Source of the DNA: an uncultured Muribaculaceae bacterium
GTDB lineage: Bacteria; Bacteroidota; Bacteroidia; Bacteroidales; UBA932
Assembly (NCBI GenBank): GCA_964608175.1
Contig: CAZSMO010000008.1
Coordinates: 10,291 to 74,290, forward strand
Direction of reading: 5' to 3'
Length of the DNA: 64,000 nucleotides
The notes under the pieces were generated by a model. That model was not told the DNA's origin. It saw only the letters and a program-made list of their open reading frames with translations, and did no database searches. Below, piece by piece: positions 19,468-30,040 of this stretch. Every line of letters starts with the position of its first letter. The first letter of the stretch is position 1. Made by a program: the position numbers and the translations under genes.

Positions 19468-21023
19468 CAGTTGTACCCTTCGTTTTGTTTGAGTTTGGGA
19501 TTGTCTCCCATCCTTTCTGAAGGAATGGGAAGGAGTCTCATGTATGGCTGTCCGGCATCCTTTGCCCACCATGCATCGGTATATTTTCCGAAGCGGATGA
19601 GATCCTGCCTCGACCAGCCTTCCATTGCAAGCTCGTGTTGGCGTTCAAGAAGCAAGGCATCGAGGGTCAAGTCGGACTCGGCTATGGGGGCGAGCCCTGC
19701 ACGAGAGCGGATTTGGACAAATTCAGGTACGGCAGCGGCCTCGGAAGTGCGTCCTTGCCGCAAAAGGGCTTCCACATACATCAGCACCACATCGGAGTAG
19801 CGCATCAGGTAGAAGTCGTTCTCCATAGAAATCTTGTAACTTGTGAGAGTCCCATCCGTCTGGTAGGGCCATTTGATGATGCGTGCTCCTTCAAAACGCC
19901 CAATGCCTGAAGTATACTTACCCGCATCTATGGGAGAAGCCGTAAGGGTGTAATCTTTGGCAACTTTGCTGCCATCGCTTTGGAGTTCATCATACTGGAA
20001 TCTCGCTCCAGTGTAGTCGTATACGGGACCATAGAGCCAGGTATCATCCTTGCGAGTATCGCCATCTTCGTAAGAATCAAAGAAGTCCGGCTGCGCCATC
20101 ATGCTTCCGTTCCATGTCTCACCGATATTGAATGCCCGCTGCAAATCCTCGTTGAATGTCATCACATAGATATAGAAGGCATTATTGGTATATACAGAAC
20201 TGTGCGGGATGGCAAAAATGGCTTCACTCCCATTTTCGTTGTTGATTGCAAAGTTGGCTGAATAGGTGGATGAGAGACTGTAGTTGCCGCTATCCATTAT
20301 CTCCTTGCAGATGCTTTCTGCCTCATCGTAGCGGGGAGTACCTATCCACTCCTGCGAATTGAGATATATCTTTGCGAGAATAAACTGAGCCATTCCTTTG
20401 GTGACACGACCATAAGTGGAGGTGGACACGGTAGAGTCCAGCCTGTCTATATTCTCCTTGATTTCATTCTCTATAAAATCCAACATGAAAGCCCTGTCTT
20501 TTTGCTCTGGATAGTCGGTTTGAGCTTTGTCCACTGAATATGGGACATTCCCCCAACAGTCCACTGCCAGAAGGTAGTAGTAGGCTCGCAGAATTTTGAT
20601 TTCCGAAATACTCTTGAGTATCGTTTCAGTCTTGTTTTCGACATTCTGCAACTCGTAGATGGCATCGTTGCAGGCGGAGATGCCATCGAAGCAGAAGTCC
20701 CAGGCACATCTGACGAGTTTGTTGCTGGCGGGAATCACATGCGACTGAATTTCCCCATAGCGGGCTTCGCCCCAAGAGCCGTTGTAAGCCTTCGGGATTG
20801 CAACTTCATTGCTGAGCTGCATTATCAGGGTCAGCATACTCTGCTCCGAGCCCCAAGTCTGCAAGGATGTGTAGGGCCTTGAGGTATATAGAGGGATGTT
20901 GGCGTCATCGCTTAAAAACACATCCTTGGGGATCTGCGAGTAGATGTGTTCATCGAGATTGGTACAGGACGCGAGGGATAGAATTGAAAGCGTCCAAATC
21001 AATATGCTACTTGTCTTTTTCAT
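19467..21023 (-). CDS. RagB/SusD family lipoprotein
   Basis: Lipobox LASC, MRYSDVVLMYVEAL and ERQHELAMEGWSRQDLIRFG; start could be 21023 or 21029. Confidence 0.95.
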   Translation of the reverse strand: MKKTSSILIWTLSILSLASCTNLDEHIYSQIPKDVFLSDDANIPLYTSRPYTSLQTWGSEQSMLTLIMQLSNEVAIPKAYNGSWGEARYGEIQSHVIPASNKLVRCAWDFCFDGISACNDAIYELQNVENKTETILKSISEIKILRAYYYLLAVDCWGNVPYSVDKAQTDYPEQKDRAFMLDFIENEIKENIDRLDSTVSTSTYGRVTKGMAQFILAKIYLNSQEWIGTPRYDEAESICKEIMDSGNYSLSSTYSANFAINNENGSEAIFAIPHSSVYTNNAFYIYVMTFNEDLQRAFNIGETWNGSMMAQPDFFDSYEDGDTRKDDTWLYGPVYDYTGARFQYDELQSDGSKVAKDYTLTASPIDAGKYTSGIGRFEGARIIKWPYQTDGTLTSYKISMENDFYLMRYSDVVLMYVEALLRQGRTSEAAAVPEFVQIRSRAGLAPIAESDLTLDALLLERQHELAMEGWSRQDLIRFGKYTDAWWAKDAGQPYMRLLPIPSERMGDNPKLKQNEGYN

Positions 21024-21036
21024 CGCCATGAACAAT

Positions 21037-23949
21037 TTAGAATCTGATACTGGCTCCCAGCGTAAAGACCCTCGTCCTAGGGTAGTAGCTCAAGGACTCT
21101 ATGCCAGGAGTCAGACCTGTGAGACTCACTTCCGGGTCTACTCCCGTGTACCTTGTCAGGACAAAAAGGTTCTGCCCTGTGAGATAGAAGTTCAGTGACT
21201 TGACTGCTCCATCGCCTTTAATAGGGACATTGTAGTTTACCGTCAGGTTGTCAAGCTTCAGATACGAGGCATCTTCCAAATATTTGGAGCAGTACACAAC
21301 CTTGCCGGTGTATTCGGGCTCATCGAGCCAGGATGCAAGCACATTCTTAAGACCAAGCTCATTGATGCTGCCATAAACAGCTCTCATCTGATTGAAGACC
21401 TTGCCCCCGAGTGAAGCCCGAAGTGCAGCACTCACCGTGAAGTTCTTCCAAGTCAGCGCATTGCTCCAGCCTAATTCGCAGACCGGATAGGCGTTGCCAA
21501 GCTTGACCCAGTCTTCTTCTTTTGACTGTTTTACACGTATGGATCCGCTGCTGCGGATACCATCGTATTCAGGACCATAGAAAGTACCAATACTTTCTCC
21601 CTCTATCAACCTTTGGCTGTACACGCCAAGAGGGGTATTGAGCCAGCCTATGCGGTATTCCTGTCCGGAAAATTCGTCATTGGTAAAGGAAATCAGCTTG
21701 TTTTTGTTGTGCGAGGCGGTCAGGGTGGTCAGCCATGTGAGATTGTGAGTCTGCACGGGGATGGCGTTCAAAGTGAGTTCAAGGCCGGTGTTGCTGATTT
21801 TTCCTACATTCGTAAATAAGGTAGAATAATCATAGGGAGGCACTGGTACCGTGTAGTTGTAGAGCAGATTTGTGGTCTTCCTGTAATAGTAGTCCAACGT
21901 TCCTGAAATACGGCCCTTCAGTACAGAGAAGTCTGCGCCAACGTTAAATTCGGCTTTCTTCTCCCACTGCAAGTCGGGGTTTGCATTACTGGCTGGAGCA
22001 TAGGCCGTAGACCATGTCCCGTCATAGTAGAAGTTGCCACTGGTCTTGACGAGAAAGAGGGACTTGTAGTTGTCAAAGTCCTGGTTTCCGGTCATCCCAT
22101 AACCGGCTCTGAACTTGAGGTCGTCAAGCCAGCTTATGCCATCCATGAAATCTTCTTCCGATATCCTCCAGCCTGTACTTATGGCAGGGAACCAACCCCA
22201 TTTGTTGTTGGCTCCAAAACGGCTGGATCCGTCTCTACGCAAGGAAGCCGAGACAATGTAACGCTCGTTGCAGTTGTATATGATACGCCCGAAGAAAGCA
22301 ATGTATTTGCTGGATTCCCGATAGGAGTCCATTGTCGCTGTCCCAGACAGAAGAGCCTTACCGGCTCCGATATTATCCACAGTAAAATAGTCTGTGTCGA
22401 AGTTGTAATTGTAAAGATCTGAACTGTTGGAGTTCATCTCTTCGTAGGTGTAGCCGAGCAAACCTTGGATGGAGTGTTTCCCGAAGTGACGATTGTACTG
22501 AAGTGTGCTCTCATACTGCAAGTCGGTTTCTCTGCTGTTGCTTATCTCTGCAGAGCCGTTCAAGCCCCATTCCCCAGGGTAGTACTTCGTCTTGTAGTCG
22601 GTGAAGCGGGAGTCTTCACTCGAATAGGAGATGAAGTTGTCCCATTTCAGCCCCTGAATCGGAAGGATATTGAGGGTGCCGCGGGCATTAACTCCCACCT
22701 CGTTAACATCATAGACGCTCGATCGCTCATTGAGCATCGCGACCGGGTTGTAGTAGTCCATCGAAGTGATGGTGTAGTAGCCCCCGTGGGTTTCATCCGA
22801 GCTGTCATATACAGGTTCAGTGGGGTTGTGCAGGAAAGCCTGACGGAAGATTCCGCTGCGCGTGCCCTGGTATTTGCGCTTGGAATACAGCATGTTGTAA
22901 TCGAAGGTGAGCCAGCCCTTTATGGCCTCCTGATGAATATTGGTCTTGAAGAGGTATTTGTCGCGGTCGTTATTCTTGAGCATGCCCTCGTTCTGCTCCA
23001 CGTTGAGGGTCGTGCGATGCGAAAACTTCTCACTTCCTCCGGCAACGGCAACCGTATGCTTGTGCGAGACAGGCGTGCGGGTTACTTCCTTAAACCAATC
23101 CGTATCAGCGCCATATAGCGATGATGCTGCATCTGTCTTGTAATTCTCTATTGCGTAGGTAAATTCACTCGCACTCATTGGCTGTGCGCGGGAGAGGACC
23201 GTCTGCACGGAGACTTGCCCGTCGTATTGCACGGTTGTCACTCCGCTCTTGGCCCGTTTGGTGGTGATGATGATTACCCCGTTACTTCCCCGTGTGCCAT
23301 AAATGGCAGCGGCTGAACCATCCTTGAGCACATCCACGCTCTCTACATCCTGAAAATTGATATTCTGCAAGTCCGCTCCACTCACGCCATCTACGATAAT
23401 GAGAGGACCTTGGCCTGCAGAAAGGGTATTCGCCCCTCTTAACAGGATACTCATCGAACCGTTGGGATCGCCTCCATTGGCATTGGTGATGGACAGACCG
23501 GCCACCTTGCCCTGCAACATGGCAGTCGCATCCACATAGGCTCCTTTGTCGAAACTGTCAGATTTGAGCGAGGCCACAGACCCGGTTATCTCTTTCTTGG
23601 TCGTAGTACCATAACCGATGACCACGGTTTCGTCCAGCATGGTGGCCGCCGAAACCTGCATCTTAATTCGGTAAGTCGTGGCCTCTCCCACTTCGAGGAT
23701 ATAGTCATCATATCCGAAATAGGCCACAGTAACCCTTTCCCCCGAACTTGCCTTAAGAGTAAATGCCCCATCAACACCGGTGATGGCGTAGCTGCCCGAC
23801 CCTTCAACGAGCAAGGTCGCACCTGGAAGCGGAGAGTCGTTCTCGTCCACCACCAAACCGTTTATTTTGCCATTTTGCGCAGATGCTACCTGCTGCAGAG
23901 CTGCTATAAGAAGAATGGCTGATGCAAAACTTTTTAGAATGTACTTCAT
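21037..23949 (-). CDS. SusC/RagA family TonB-dependent receptor
   Basis: Likely start MKYILK at 23949; plug motif VLKDGSAAAIYGTRGSNGVIIITTK and C-terminal ...LGASIRF. Confidence 0.96.
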   Translation of the reverse strand: MKYILKSFASAILLIAALQQVASAQNGKINGLVVDENDSPLPGATLLVEGSGSYAITGVDGAFTLKASSGERVTVAYFGYDDYILEVGEATTYRIKMQVSAATMLDETVVIGYGTTTKKEITGSVASLKSDSFDKGAYVDATAMLQGKVAGLSITNANGGDPNGSMSILLRGANTLSAGQGPLIIVDGVSGADLQNINFQDVESVDVLKDGSAAAIYGTRGSNGVIIITTKRAKSGVTTVQYDGQVSVQTVLSRAQPMSASEFTYAIENYKTDAASSLYGADTDWFKEVTRTPVSHKHTVAVAGGSEKFSHRTTLNVEQNEGMLKNNDRDKYLFKTNIHQEAIKGWLTFDYNMLYSKRKYQGTRSGIFRQAFLHNPTEPVYDSSDETHGGYYTITSMDYYNPVAMLNERSSVYDVNEVGVNARGTLNILPIQGLKWDNFISYSSEDSRFTDYKTKYYPGEWGLNGSAEISNSRETDLQYESTLQYNRHFGKHSIQGLLGYTYEEMNSNSSDLYNYNFDTDYFTVDNIGAGKALLSGTATMDSYRESSKYIAFFGRIIYNCNERYIVSASLRRDGSSRFGANNKWGWFPAISTGWRISEEDFMDGISWLDDLKFRAGYGMTGNQDFDNYKSLFLVKTSGNFYYDGTWSTAYAPASNANPDLQWEKKAEFNVGADFSVLKGRISGTLDYYYRKTTNLLYNYTVPVPPYDYSTLFTNVGKISNTGLELTLNAIPVQTHNLTWLTTLTASHNKNKLISFTNDEFSGQEYRIGWLNTPLGVYSQRLIEGESIGTFYGPEYDGIRSSGSIRVKQSKEEDWVKLGNAYPVCELGWSNALTWKNFTVSAALRASLGGKVFNQMRAVYGSINELGLKNVLASWLDEPEYTGKVVYCSKYLEDASYLKLDNLTVNYNVPIKGDGAVKSLNFYLTGQNLFVLTRYTGVDPEVSLTGLTPGIESLSYYPRTRVFTLGASIRF

Positions 23950-23983
23950 TTTCCTTTTAAGGTTTAATGGGAGTTGGGAAGCA

Positions 23984-25006
23984 TCAGTTGCTGGCAGCAA
24001 TTATGAATGCAAGCCCTGCGATGAAGAGCAGGAACATGAGGGCAAGCAGTCCGTAGACTTTCTTCGATGCCCCTTTGAATTCCTTCCAGACGAATACACC
24101 CCAGATGGCGGCGATAAGCGGTGCCCCCTGCCCGAGTGCATACGAGACCGCTGCGCCTGCCTTGCCGGAAGCGATGTAGCTGAATGCCGTACCAAGGCAC
24201 CAGATGCAGCCTCCAAGCATGCCCACGAGGTGGGTTTTGGCGTTGCCTACAAAGTATTCCCTGTAGCTGACCGGTGCCCCGACAAAGGGCTTGCGCATCA
24301 CAAGGGTGTTGAAAAGGAAGTTACTCGCAAGTACTCCAAGGGAGAAGATTACGATGGCGGTGTAAGGAGTGGCCTTGCCGGGAGCAGGAACTGCGAAGTT
24401 TTCCAGATCCATCGCCCTTGCCACGAAGCTGTAGAAGAAGGACATCAGCACTCCTGCCGCTATGGCGAGCAGAATTCCTTTGCGCTGGTTGCGGGCGGAG
24501 ACTTCGTCTTTCTGGACCTTGCCGGAAGCGGCTCCGTTGCAGATAATGGCGAGGACAATAAGTCCGACTCCAATAAAGAGCAGCACGGGATTGGTCTTCG
24601 ACACTCCCTGGCCGAGCTCTACTATGTAGGTATTGACGGTCCCGAGCACGAGCGAAATGCCGACCCCGAGAGGAAATGCCACCGACATGCCGGCAATGGA
24701 GGTAGAGGCTGAGAGGAGGATGTTGGAGGCATTGAAAATGATGCCGCCCAGCAGAATCCAGCCCCAGTTGGCAGCACTGACCTGAGCTATGTTGCGAAGG
24801 AAAGGCACTCCCTCCCTGCCGATGCTTCCCATGGTGAAAGCAATCAGCAGAGCGAAAAGAAACATTCCTATGACATAGTCCCAATAGAAGAGCTCATACC
24901 GCCAGGTTTTGGCTGCGAGTTTCTGAGTGTTGCCCCACGAGCCCCAGCAGAGCATCGTGATGAAGCAGAATATTACTGCAAGAAGTTGGCTGTTTACTAT
25001 AAACAT
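23984..25006 (-). CDS. DMT-superfamily (GRP/RbsU-like) sugar permease, probably for ribose
   Basis: About 10 hydrophobic segments, MLCWGSWGNTQK, and position between ribokinase and SusC. Confidence 0.75.
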   Translation of the reverse strand: MFIVNSQLLAVIFCFITMLCWGSWGNTQKLAAKTWRYELFYWDYVIGMFLFALLIAFTMGSIGREGVPFLRNIAQVSAANWGWILLGGIIFNASNILLSASTSIAGMSVAFPLGVGISLVLGTVNTYIVELGQGVSKTNPVLLFIGVGLIVLAIICNGAASGKVQKDEVSARNQRKGILLAIAAGVLMSFFYSFVARAMDLENFAVPAPGKATPYTAIVIFSLGVLASNFLFNTLVMRKPFVGAPVSYREYFVGNAKTHLVGMLGGCIWCLGTAFSYIASGKAGAAVSYALGQGAPLIAAIWGVFVWKEFKGASKKVYGLLALMFLLFIAGLAFIIAASN

Positions 25007-25008
25007 GG

Positions 25009-25911
25009 TTATCGTAAATCGTTAATATGTGGAATGGAGTTTTGGGCTCCGACTTTACGAATGGTAAAAGATGATGCCAGGGTGGCGAAACCGACAGCTT
25101 CGAGAAGGCTTTTGCCTTCGGACAGGGCTACACAGAGAGCCCCGCAAAAGGTGTCTCCTGCTGCAGTAGTATCCACAGCTTCAACCTTTCGGGCCGGCAC
25201 TAATGTGAATCTACCCCCTTCACAGACCAGTGCCCCCTTGGAGCCCAAGGTTATGACTGTGTCTGCAATGCCCATCTTGCGGAAAGAGACGGCAGCCTTC
25301 CGTGCGGAAGCCTCATCTTCAATATGCACTCCCGTAAGGGTCTCGCTTTCGGTCTTATTCGGGACAATGAGCGAAACGCTCCGAAGCAGTTCGGCGGGCA
25401 GTTTTGCAGCCGGAGCAGGATTGAGGATGACGTAAATCCCGGCTTCATGGGCTATCTGAGCGGCTCTTACTACACTTGGCACCGGAATTTCGAGCTGAAG
25501 AATCAGGTAGTCTGCACTGCGAATCACAGGAGCAAGACCCTCAATGTCTTCCACCGTGAAATCCCCATTGGCTCCTGCGGCCACCGAGATTACATTCTCT
25601 CCCTTTGCGTCTACCATGATAAGGGCTACCCCAGAGGCCTCGTCCGAGCGCAAAACGTGGCTGATATCGATGCCCTCCCTGGCGTATCCCTTGAGGGATT
25701 CTTCTCCAAAGACATCTTTTCCTACCTTGCACACGAATTCCACATCCCCGCCAAGCCGTTTGGCAGCAACGGCCTGATTGGCTCCTTTGCCACCCTGACC
25801 CATACAGAATGTGCCGCCGAGAACCGTCTCCCCAGGCGAGGGAATTTTGGAGCCCTTGACTGTCATGTCGGTATTGCTACTGCCTATTACCAGAATTTTC
25901 TTTTTACTCAT
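25009..25911 (-). CDS. rbsK: Ribokinase (PfkB family)
   Basis: GSSNTDM, GGKGANQAVAA and DTTAAGDTFCGAL signatures. Confidence 0.93.
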   Translation of the reverse strand: MSKKKILVIGSSNTDMTVKGSKIPSPGETVLGGTFCMGQGGKGANQAVAAKRLGGDVEFVCKVGKDVFGEESLKGYAREGIDISHVLRSDEASGVALIMVDAKGENVISVAAGANGDFTVEDIEGLAPVIRSADYLILQLEIPVPSVVRAAQIAHEAGIYVILNPAPAAKLPAELLRSVSLIVPNKTESETLTGVHIEDEASARKAAVSFRKMGIADTVITLGSKGALVCEGGRFTLVPARKVEAVDTTAAGDTFCGALCVALSEGKSLLEAVGFATLASSFTIRKVGAQNSIPHINDLR

Positions 25912-26075
25912 TTTGGGTTATCAGTTTTTAGTTTCAGCCTTTTCGGTCATCCTGGATACCTTAAACAGGCTTCCGAATCCAAATTTAGGAGATATGAAGA
26001 CAGAGTAATGCATCCCACTGCGCAAAAATTGCTAAAAAGAAGGTAATTTTTTGCGAAAATTTGCACAATTTTGCA

Positions 26076-26083
26076 TAAATTTG
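26076..26083 (+). promoter_or_regulatory. Bacteroidetes -7 promoter element TAAATTTG upstream of lacI
   Basis: Exact TAnnTTTG match about 60 bp upstream of the ATG. Confidence 0.55.
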
Positions 26084-26144
26084 CGCGACAAAGAGCTGCC
26101 AATAGCGAGACATATATCTGTTGGCCAATAATTTACACACCAAT

Positions 26145-27164
26145 ATGAAGAAAAGACTCTCCGATTTGGCCGAAAAAACAGGCTATTCGATGGCTACGGT
26201 TTCCCGCGTACTCAACGGGAAAGCCTCAGAGACCAGAATTCCGGTCGAGACCGCAAACAGCATCATTAAGGCTGCCAGGGAAGGCGGCTACCTCCCCGAT
26301 ATCGTAGAGCAGAATCTGCGCATGCGGAAGGTGGACTCTATCGGCTTACTGGTTCCCTCAATCTCCAATCCCTTCTTCGCCGACATCGCGGCTTCCATCG
26401 TGGCATCTGCCCGCAAGAACCACTATACCACCATAGTAGTGGATTCGAATGAGAGTGAGGAGGAAGAAAAATACGCCCTATCTTCACTCATTTCGCGCAA
26501 TGTGAAAGGCATAATCGCCGTTCCTTCCGGCAAGGATTCTTCACTCTTCGAAGAAATCAGCCGCAAGTATATCCCCGTTGTACTCGTAGACAGATATTTC
26601 GTGGGCCCGGTCCTGCCCTATGTCACTACCAACAACTACACAGGAGCCGTTAATGCCACCAATCTCCTGATTTCCAACGGACATAAGAGGATAGTCTGCA
26701 TCCAGGGGGCACAGTCTTCGGCCCCCAATGTCCGCAGGGTCAAGGGCTATCTCGATGCGCTTGAAAAGGCCGGTTTGCAAGACAGGGCCTTGGTGGTGGG
26801 AGATGCCTTCTCTGTGCAGAATGGTTTTGTGGAGACCCAACTGCTGCTCAATATGCAACCCCGCCCTACCGCAATTTTCGCACTCAGCAACACTATTATG
26901 CTGGGAGCACTCAAGGCAATAGGAGAGTCGGGGCTTACCATTCCGGATGACCTTTCAATGGTGTGCTTCGATGACAATACCTATATGGATTATCTGACAC
27001 CGCCCATTACCCGCGTGGGGCAAAAGACCGAAGAAATGGGCAAACTTGCAGCCAAAATCCTCTTTGAAAGCCTTGAAACGGGGGTTCGCAGCCACACCCA
27101 GATAGAACTTGCATCATCCATACTTAACGGCAAGTCTGTCCGGCATATCTCTCAGGAAGACTAG
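26145..27164 (+). CDS. LacI-family transcriptional regulator (RbsR-like)
   Basis: HTH LAEKTGYSMATVSRVLNG plus a periplasmic-binding-protein-like domain; divergent from rbsK; likely start MKKRLS at 26145. Confidence 0.92.
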   Translation: MKKRLSDLAEKTGYSMATVSRVLNGKASETRIPVETANSIIKAAREGGYLPDIVEQNLRMRKVDSIGLLVPSISNPFFADIAASIVASARKNHYTTIVVDSNESEEEEKYALSSLISRNVKGIIAVPSGKDSSLFEEISRKYIPVVLVDRYFVGPVLPYVTTNNYTGAVNATNLLISNGHKRIVCIQGAQSSAPNVRRVKGYLDALEKAGLQDRALVVGDAFSVQNGFVETQLLLNMQPRPTAIFALSNTIMLGALKAIGESGLTIPDDLSMVCFDDNTYMDYLTPPITRVGQKTEEMGKLAAKILFESLETGVRSHTQIELASSILNGKSVRHISQED

Positions 27165-27667
27165 CCTTTTCCATTGAGGATGGGGTCAAGCCCCCTGTGC
27201 TGAAGACGGAAAGTGATGTCGGTCTTCTCTATCTGACCGGCTCCCTTGTGAGCGAGATGGTAGAGCCGCTGGTTGGTGCCAGGCTTGTTGAGAGGGCCTT
27301 TCCCGGCGATATACGGGCCGACCTTGACATAGTCAAAGGCAGCCCAAACTTCAGGCTCGACATCTTCGCGCCCCGAATAGAGGGCTACCTCGAGATTGTG
27401 AGCCGTTCGCACATAGTCCGCAAGGCGCAGCAGTGCCGCAGGGTCATCCCCCTCTCCGAGGAAGAGCACACAGTTAATCCCAAAATTCTCTTCCAGCAGT
27501 TTATCAATGACTTCCTCCGTCAGATTCTCCCCTATGTCTTCGCGAAGGAAAGGGGAATGACACCCCTCACACCTGCCCTTGCAACGGCTGATTTCGAGGG
27601 CGAGGGTGAGTCTGTCGGGGATTTCTTCTATGACCACAGAGGTCAGTTCGGGGATATACTTAATCAT
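27161..27667 (-). CDS. nrdG: Anaerobic ribonucleotide reductase activating radical-SAM protein
   Basis: CxxxCxxC (CKGRCEGC), NQRLY at the C-terminus, and overlap with the nrdD stop. Confidence 0.88.
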   Translation of the reverse strand: MIKYIPELTSVVIEEIPDRLTLALEISRCKGRCEGCHSPFLREDIGENLTEEVIDKLLEENFGINCVLFLGEGDDPAALLRLADYVRTAHNLEVALYSGREDVEPEVWAAFDYVKVGPYIAGKGPLNKPGTNQRLYHLAHKGAGQIEKTDITFRLQHRGLDPILNGKG

Positions 27668-29865
27668 GCGCGCTGTTCGATATTGTCATGGGCATAGTAA
27701 CGATGCTCTGCCTCAACCTGGCGCATTTCGCTGAACGAAGACACCCTCTTGAGGTAACCTATGACCCTTGTGAGATAATCCAGATTACGGCTTCCGCACT
27801 TCGGGCACACCGTCAGGGTATCCTTGCTGATATAGCCGCAGTCGTTGCAGACAGTGTTCCGACAGTTGAAAGTGAAGTAGTTGGTCCCATAGTGAGCTGC
27901 CACATTGAGAAGCTGCCTGTACTGCTCCTTGCTGAGATGCTCCTGGATATTCATATGAAGGGCTGACCCCCCGTCGAGGTACTTCACATACTCTTCACCA
28001 TGGAGCTTGAACTTGTCGAGTATCGAGAGGGAATCATCCTCAGGGTTATAGAAATAGGAACTGTACATATTGTGCTTGGGGGAGACAAAGAAGCCATCCC
28101 GCTTGTCCCATTTGTAGTTCTTGCCGGAGAGGTTCTCCCCAGGGACGAACTCCGTGTTGAACATGGTCTCGGGAGTACGGTCCTTGCGGTTGGAGATATT
28201 GATGGTCTCGAGCAGGCCGTTGACAAAGTGCTTGTAGTCCTCATTGGGAGAAATCTTAAGTCCCAGGAATTCGGCAGCATCGGTCATGCCGTTGACTCCT
28301 ACGGTAAGGTACTGGCGATTCATGGTGATATATCCGGCCTTGTACACATCGAGCATGTCGGCCTTGAGGAAGTCCTTGATAATCTCGTTGAAAGAAGTCT
28401 GGTACTTGTGTACCCGCTCGGTCATCTCCCGCACGTCAGCGTAGATGTACGAATAGAGGTCATCGCGGTCGTATTTGAGGCTCTGGTCAAGAGGCTCTGA
28501 AGGATTAATCTCAATTCCGAATTTATCCTTAAAGTAGCGCCTGGTTGCAAGCTGGATAACGCGGTTGAGGTTTATCGTCATAACCGACTTGGAGCCCGTT
28601 GAGACTGAAGCAGTTCCCATCGAGTACTGGTGCGTGGTGTGGTTGTGCTCCGTGTCCCCGAGGTCTCTGAGCGAGTTGCGAAGGCGGCAGCAGGAAGCCA
28701 GACTGTCCGGACTGTTGGAGATATAGCAGAAGAAGCTGTGCCCCTTGGACCACATCTCGGCGGTAAAGTCGGCGTATTCCTTGTCCATGTAGTTGTCTCC
28801 TCCATCGGTGAGAAGCGCCATGGTCTCCACGGGGAAGGTAAGCAGGTAGTGATTGCGCTCCTCGTTGAACCAGTTCATGAAATGCTTCTGCAGCCAGGAG
28901 AGGGTTTCCCACTTGGGTGCAGTCCCGTCGGGGAAGCGGAAGTCCCCGAAAACGCCTTTGAAATAGGGCTCGTCGAAGTAGCTGATATTCCAGAACACGG
29001 TCTGATAGCCGCGGTTGCCTGCAGGCATGTTCATCGAGTGGACTACCTGCTGGAAATAGTTATCGATGACCTTGACGAGGGTCCGCTGCTTGACATTGTT
29101 CTCCACCACGGTGTCGAGCCTGGTGAGGTAGTTGTCTCCGTAGTCCTTGCGGATGAAGTAGTCGAAGTACATCAGAAACTCCGGGGTAGCGACTGCTCCC
29201 ATGAACTGTGAGGAGATGGAATAGACCAGGTTGATAAACTCTCCGCAGAAAGACTTGAGGTCAGTGGGAGCAATGGAAACCCCGCCAAGAGCAGTCAGTC
29301 CGTTTTCGAGGAAGGGGTACATGGTGATGGCCACGCAGTAGGGATAGCCGGGGGTTCCGCTCTCATCGTGTTTGTACAGGACATGCGATTCGAGATCCCT
29401 GATGTACTGGTCGGCAAGTTCGTGCCCGTACATATGCTTGATCTTGTCCTGCATGATGTAGCGGTTTTGCTTGATGTTGTTCTCCTTGTAGAGCTCCTGG
29501 CCGAGGGTCACTATGTTCTTGCGGGTGACATTGGCGTTGGCATCGAACTTGGAACCGGTCGCCGCATTGGAGGCCTTGATGTAATCCCTGATAAAGTCGC
29601 GTTTCTTGCGAAGATCCATGCCGGCATCAAATTTCTCGATGTATTCGCGTGCCGCCTTCTTGTTGATGGACATGAGGGAGTCCACAACCTGACGGCGGAT
29701 TTCCTGACTGGAAATCTTGTCATAGATGTAAAGATTGTCAGTGATGGACACGACTACCTCTTCGGGGCATTTCTGTCCTGTCGCCTTGTATGCTTCCCTA
29801 ATACCGCGTTTGAGTTTCTCTACATCATAGTCCTCGAAGGACCCGTTGGTTTTCCTTACTTCCAT
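27664..29865 (-). CDS. nrdD: Class III anaerobic ribonucleoside-triphosphate reductase
   Basis: N-terminal ATP cone (VRKTNGSFEDYD), SCCRL, Zn site CNDC...CPKC and glycyl-radical motif TRVIGY. Confidence 0.93.
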   Translation of the reverse strand: MEVRKTNGSFEDYDVEKLKRGIREAYKATGQKCPEEVVVSITDNLYIYDKISSQEIRRQVVDSLMSINKKAAREYIEKFDAGMDLRKKRDFIRDYIKASNAATGSKFDANANVTRKNIVTLGQELYKENNIKQNRYIMQDKIKHMYGHELADQYIRDLESHVLYKHDESGTPGYPYCVAITMYPFLENGLTALGGVSIAPTDLKSFCGEFINLVYSISSQFMGAVATPEFLMYFDYFIRKDYGDNYLTRLDTVVENNVKQRTLVKVIDNYFQQVVHSMNMPAGNRGYQTVFWNISYFDEPYFKGVFGDFRFPDGTAPKWETLSWLQKHFMNWFNEERNHYLLTFPVETMALLTDGGDNYMDKEYADFTAEMWSKGHSFFCYISNSPDSLASCCRLRNSLRDLGDTEHNHTTHQYSMGTASVSTGSKSVMTINLNRVIQLATRRYFKDKFGIEINPSEPLDQSLKYDRDDLYSYIYADVREMTERVHKYQTSFNEIIKDFLKADMLDVYKAGYITMNRQYLTVGVNGMTDAAEFLGLKISPNEDYKHFVNGLLETINISNRKDRTPETMFNTEFVPGENLSGKNYKWDKRDGFFVSPKHNMYSSYFYNPEDDSLSILDKFKLHGEEYVKYLDGGSALHMNIQEHLSKEQYRQLLNVAAHYGTNYFTFNCRNTVCNDCGYISKDTLTVCPKCGSRNLDYLTRVIGYLKRVSSFSEMRQVEAEHRYYAHDNIEQRA

Positions 29866-30040
29866 AAGAATTCAGATTTTAGTGATCCTGTATATTTCCG
29901 TTGCCGAAAGTCCGGCATTTACTTCGCATAATACTTTCCTTTCAAGGCCTTGAATTACTGACAATTCCAGAAGCCAAGGCAGAGCGCATGAAAGAGAGTG
30001 TCAAAAATACTCGAGGCATTTCTACCCCGAGAGTCCATGA

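Noticed and set aside
25990-26100. A specific LacI operator among the TTTGC/GCAAA repeats between rbsK and lacI
   Set aside because: Several partial dyads are present, but none can be separated from overlapping promoter elements.
27161-29865. nrdDG as a prophage remnant
   Set aside because: No phage structural, integrase or replication genes are nearby, and the neighbours are housekeeping genes.
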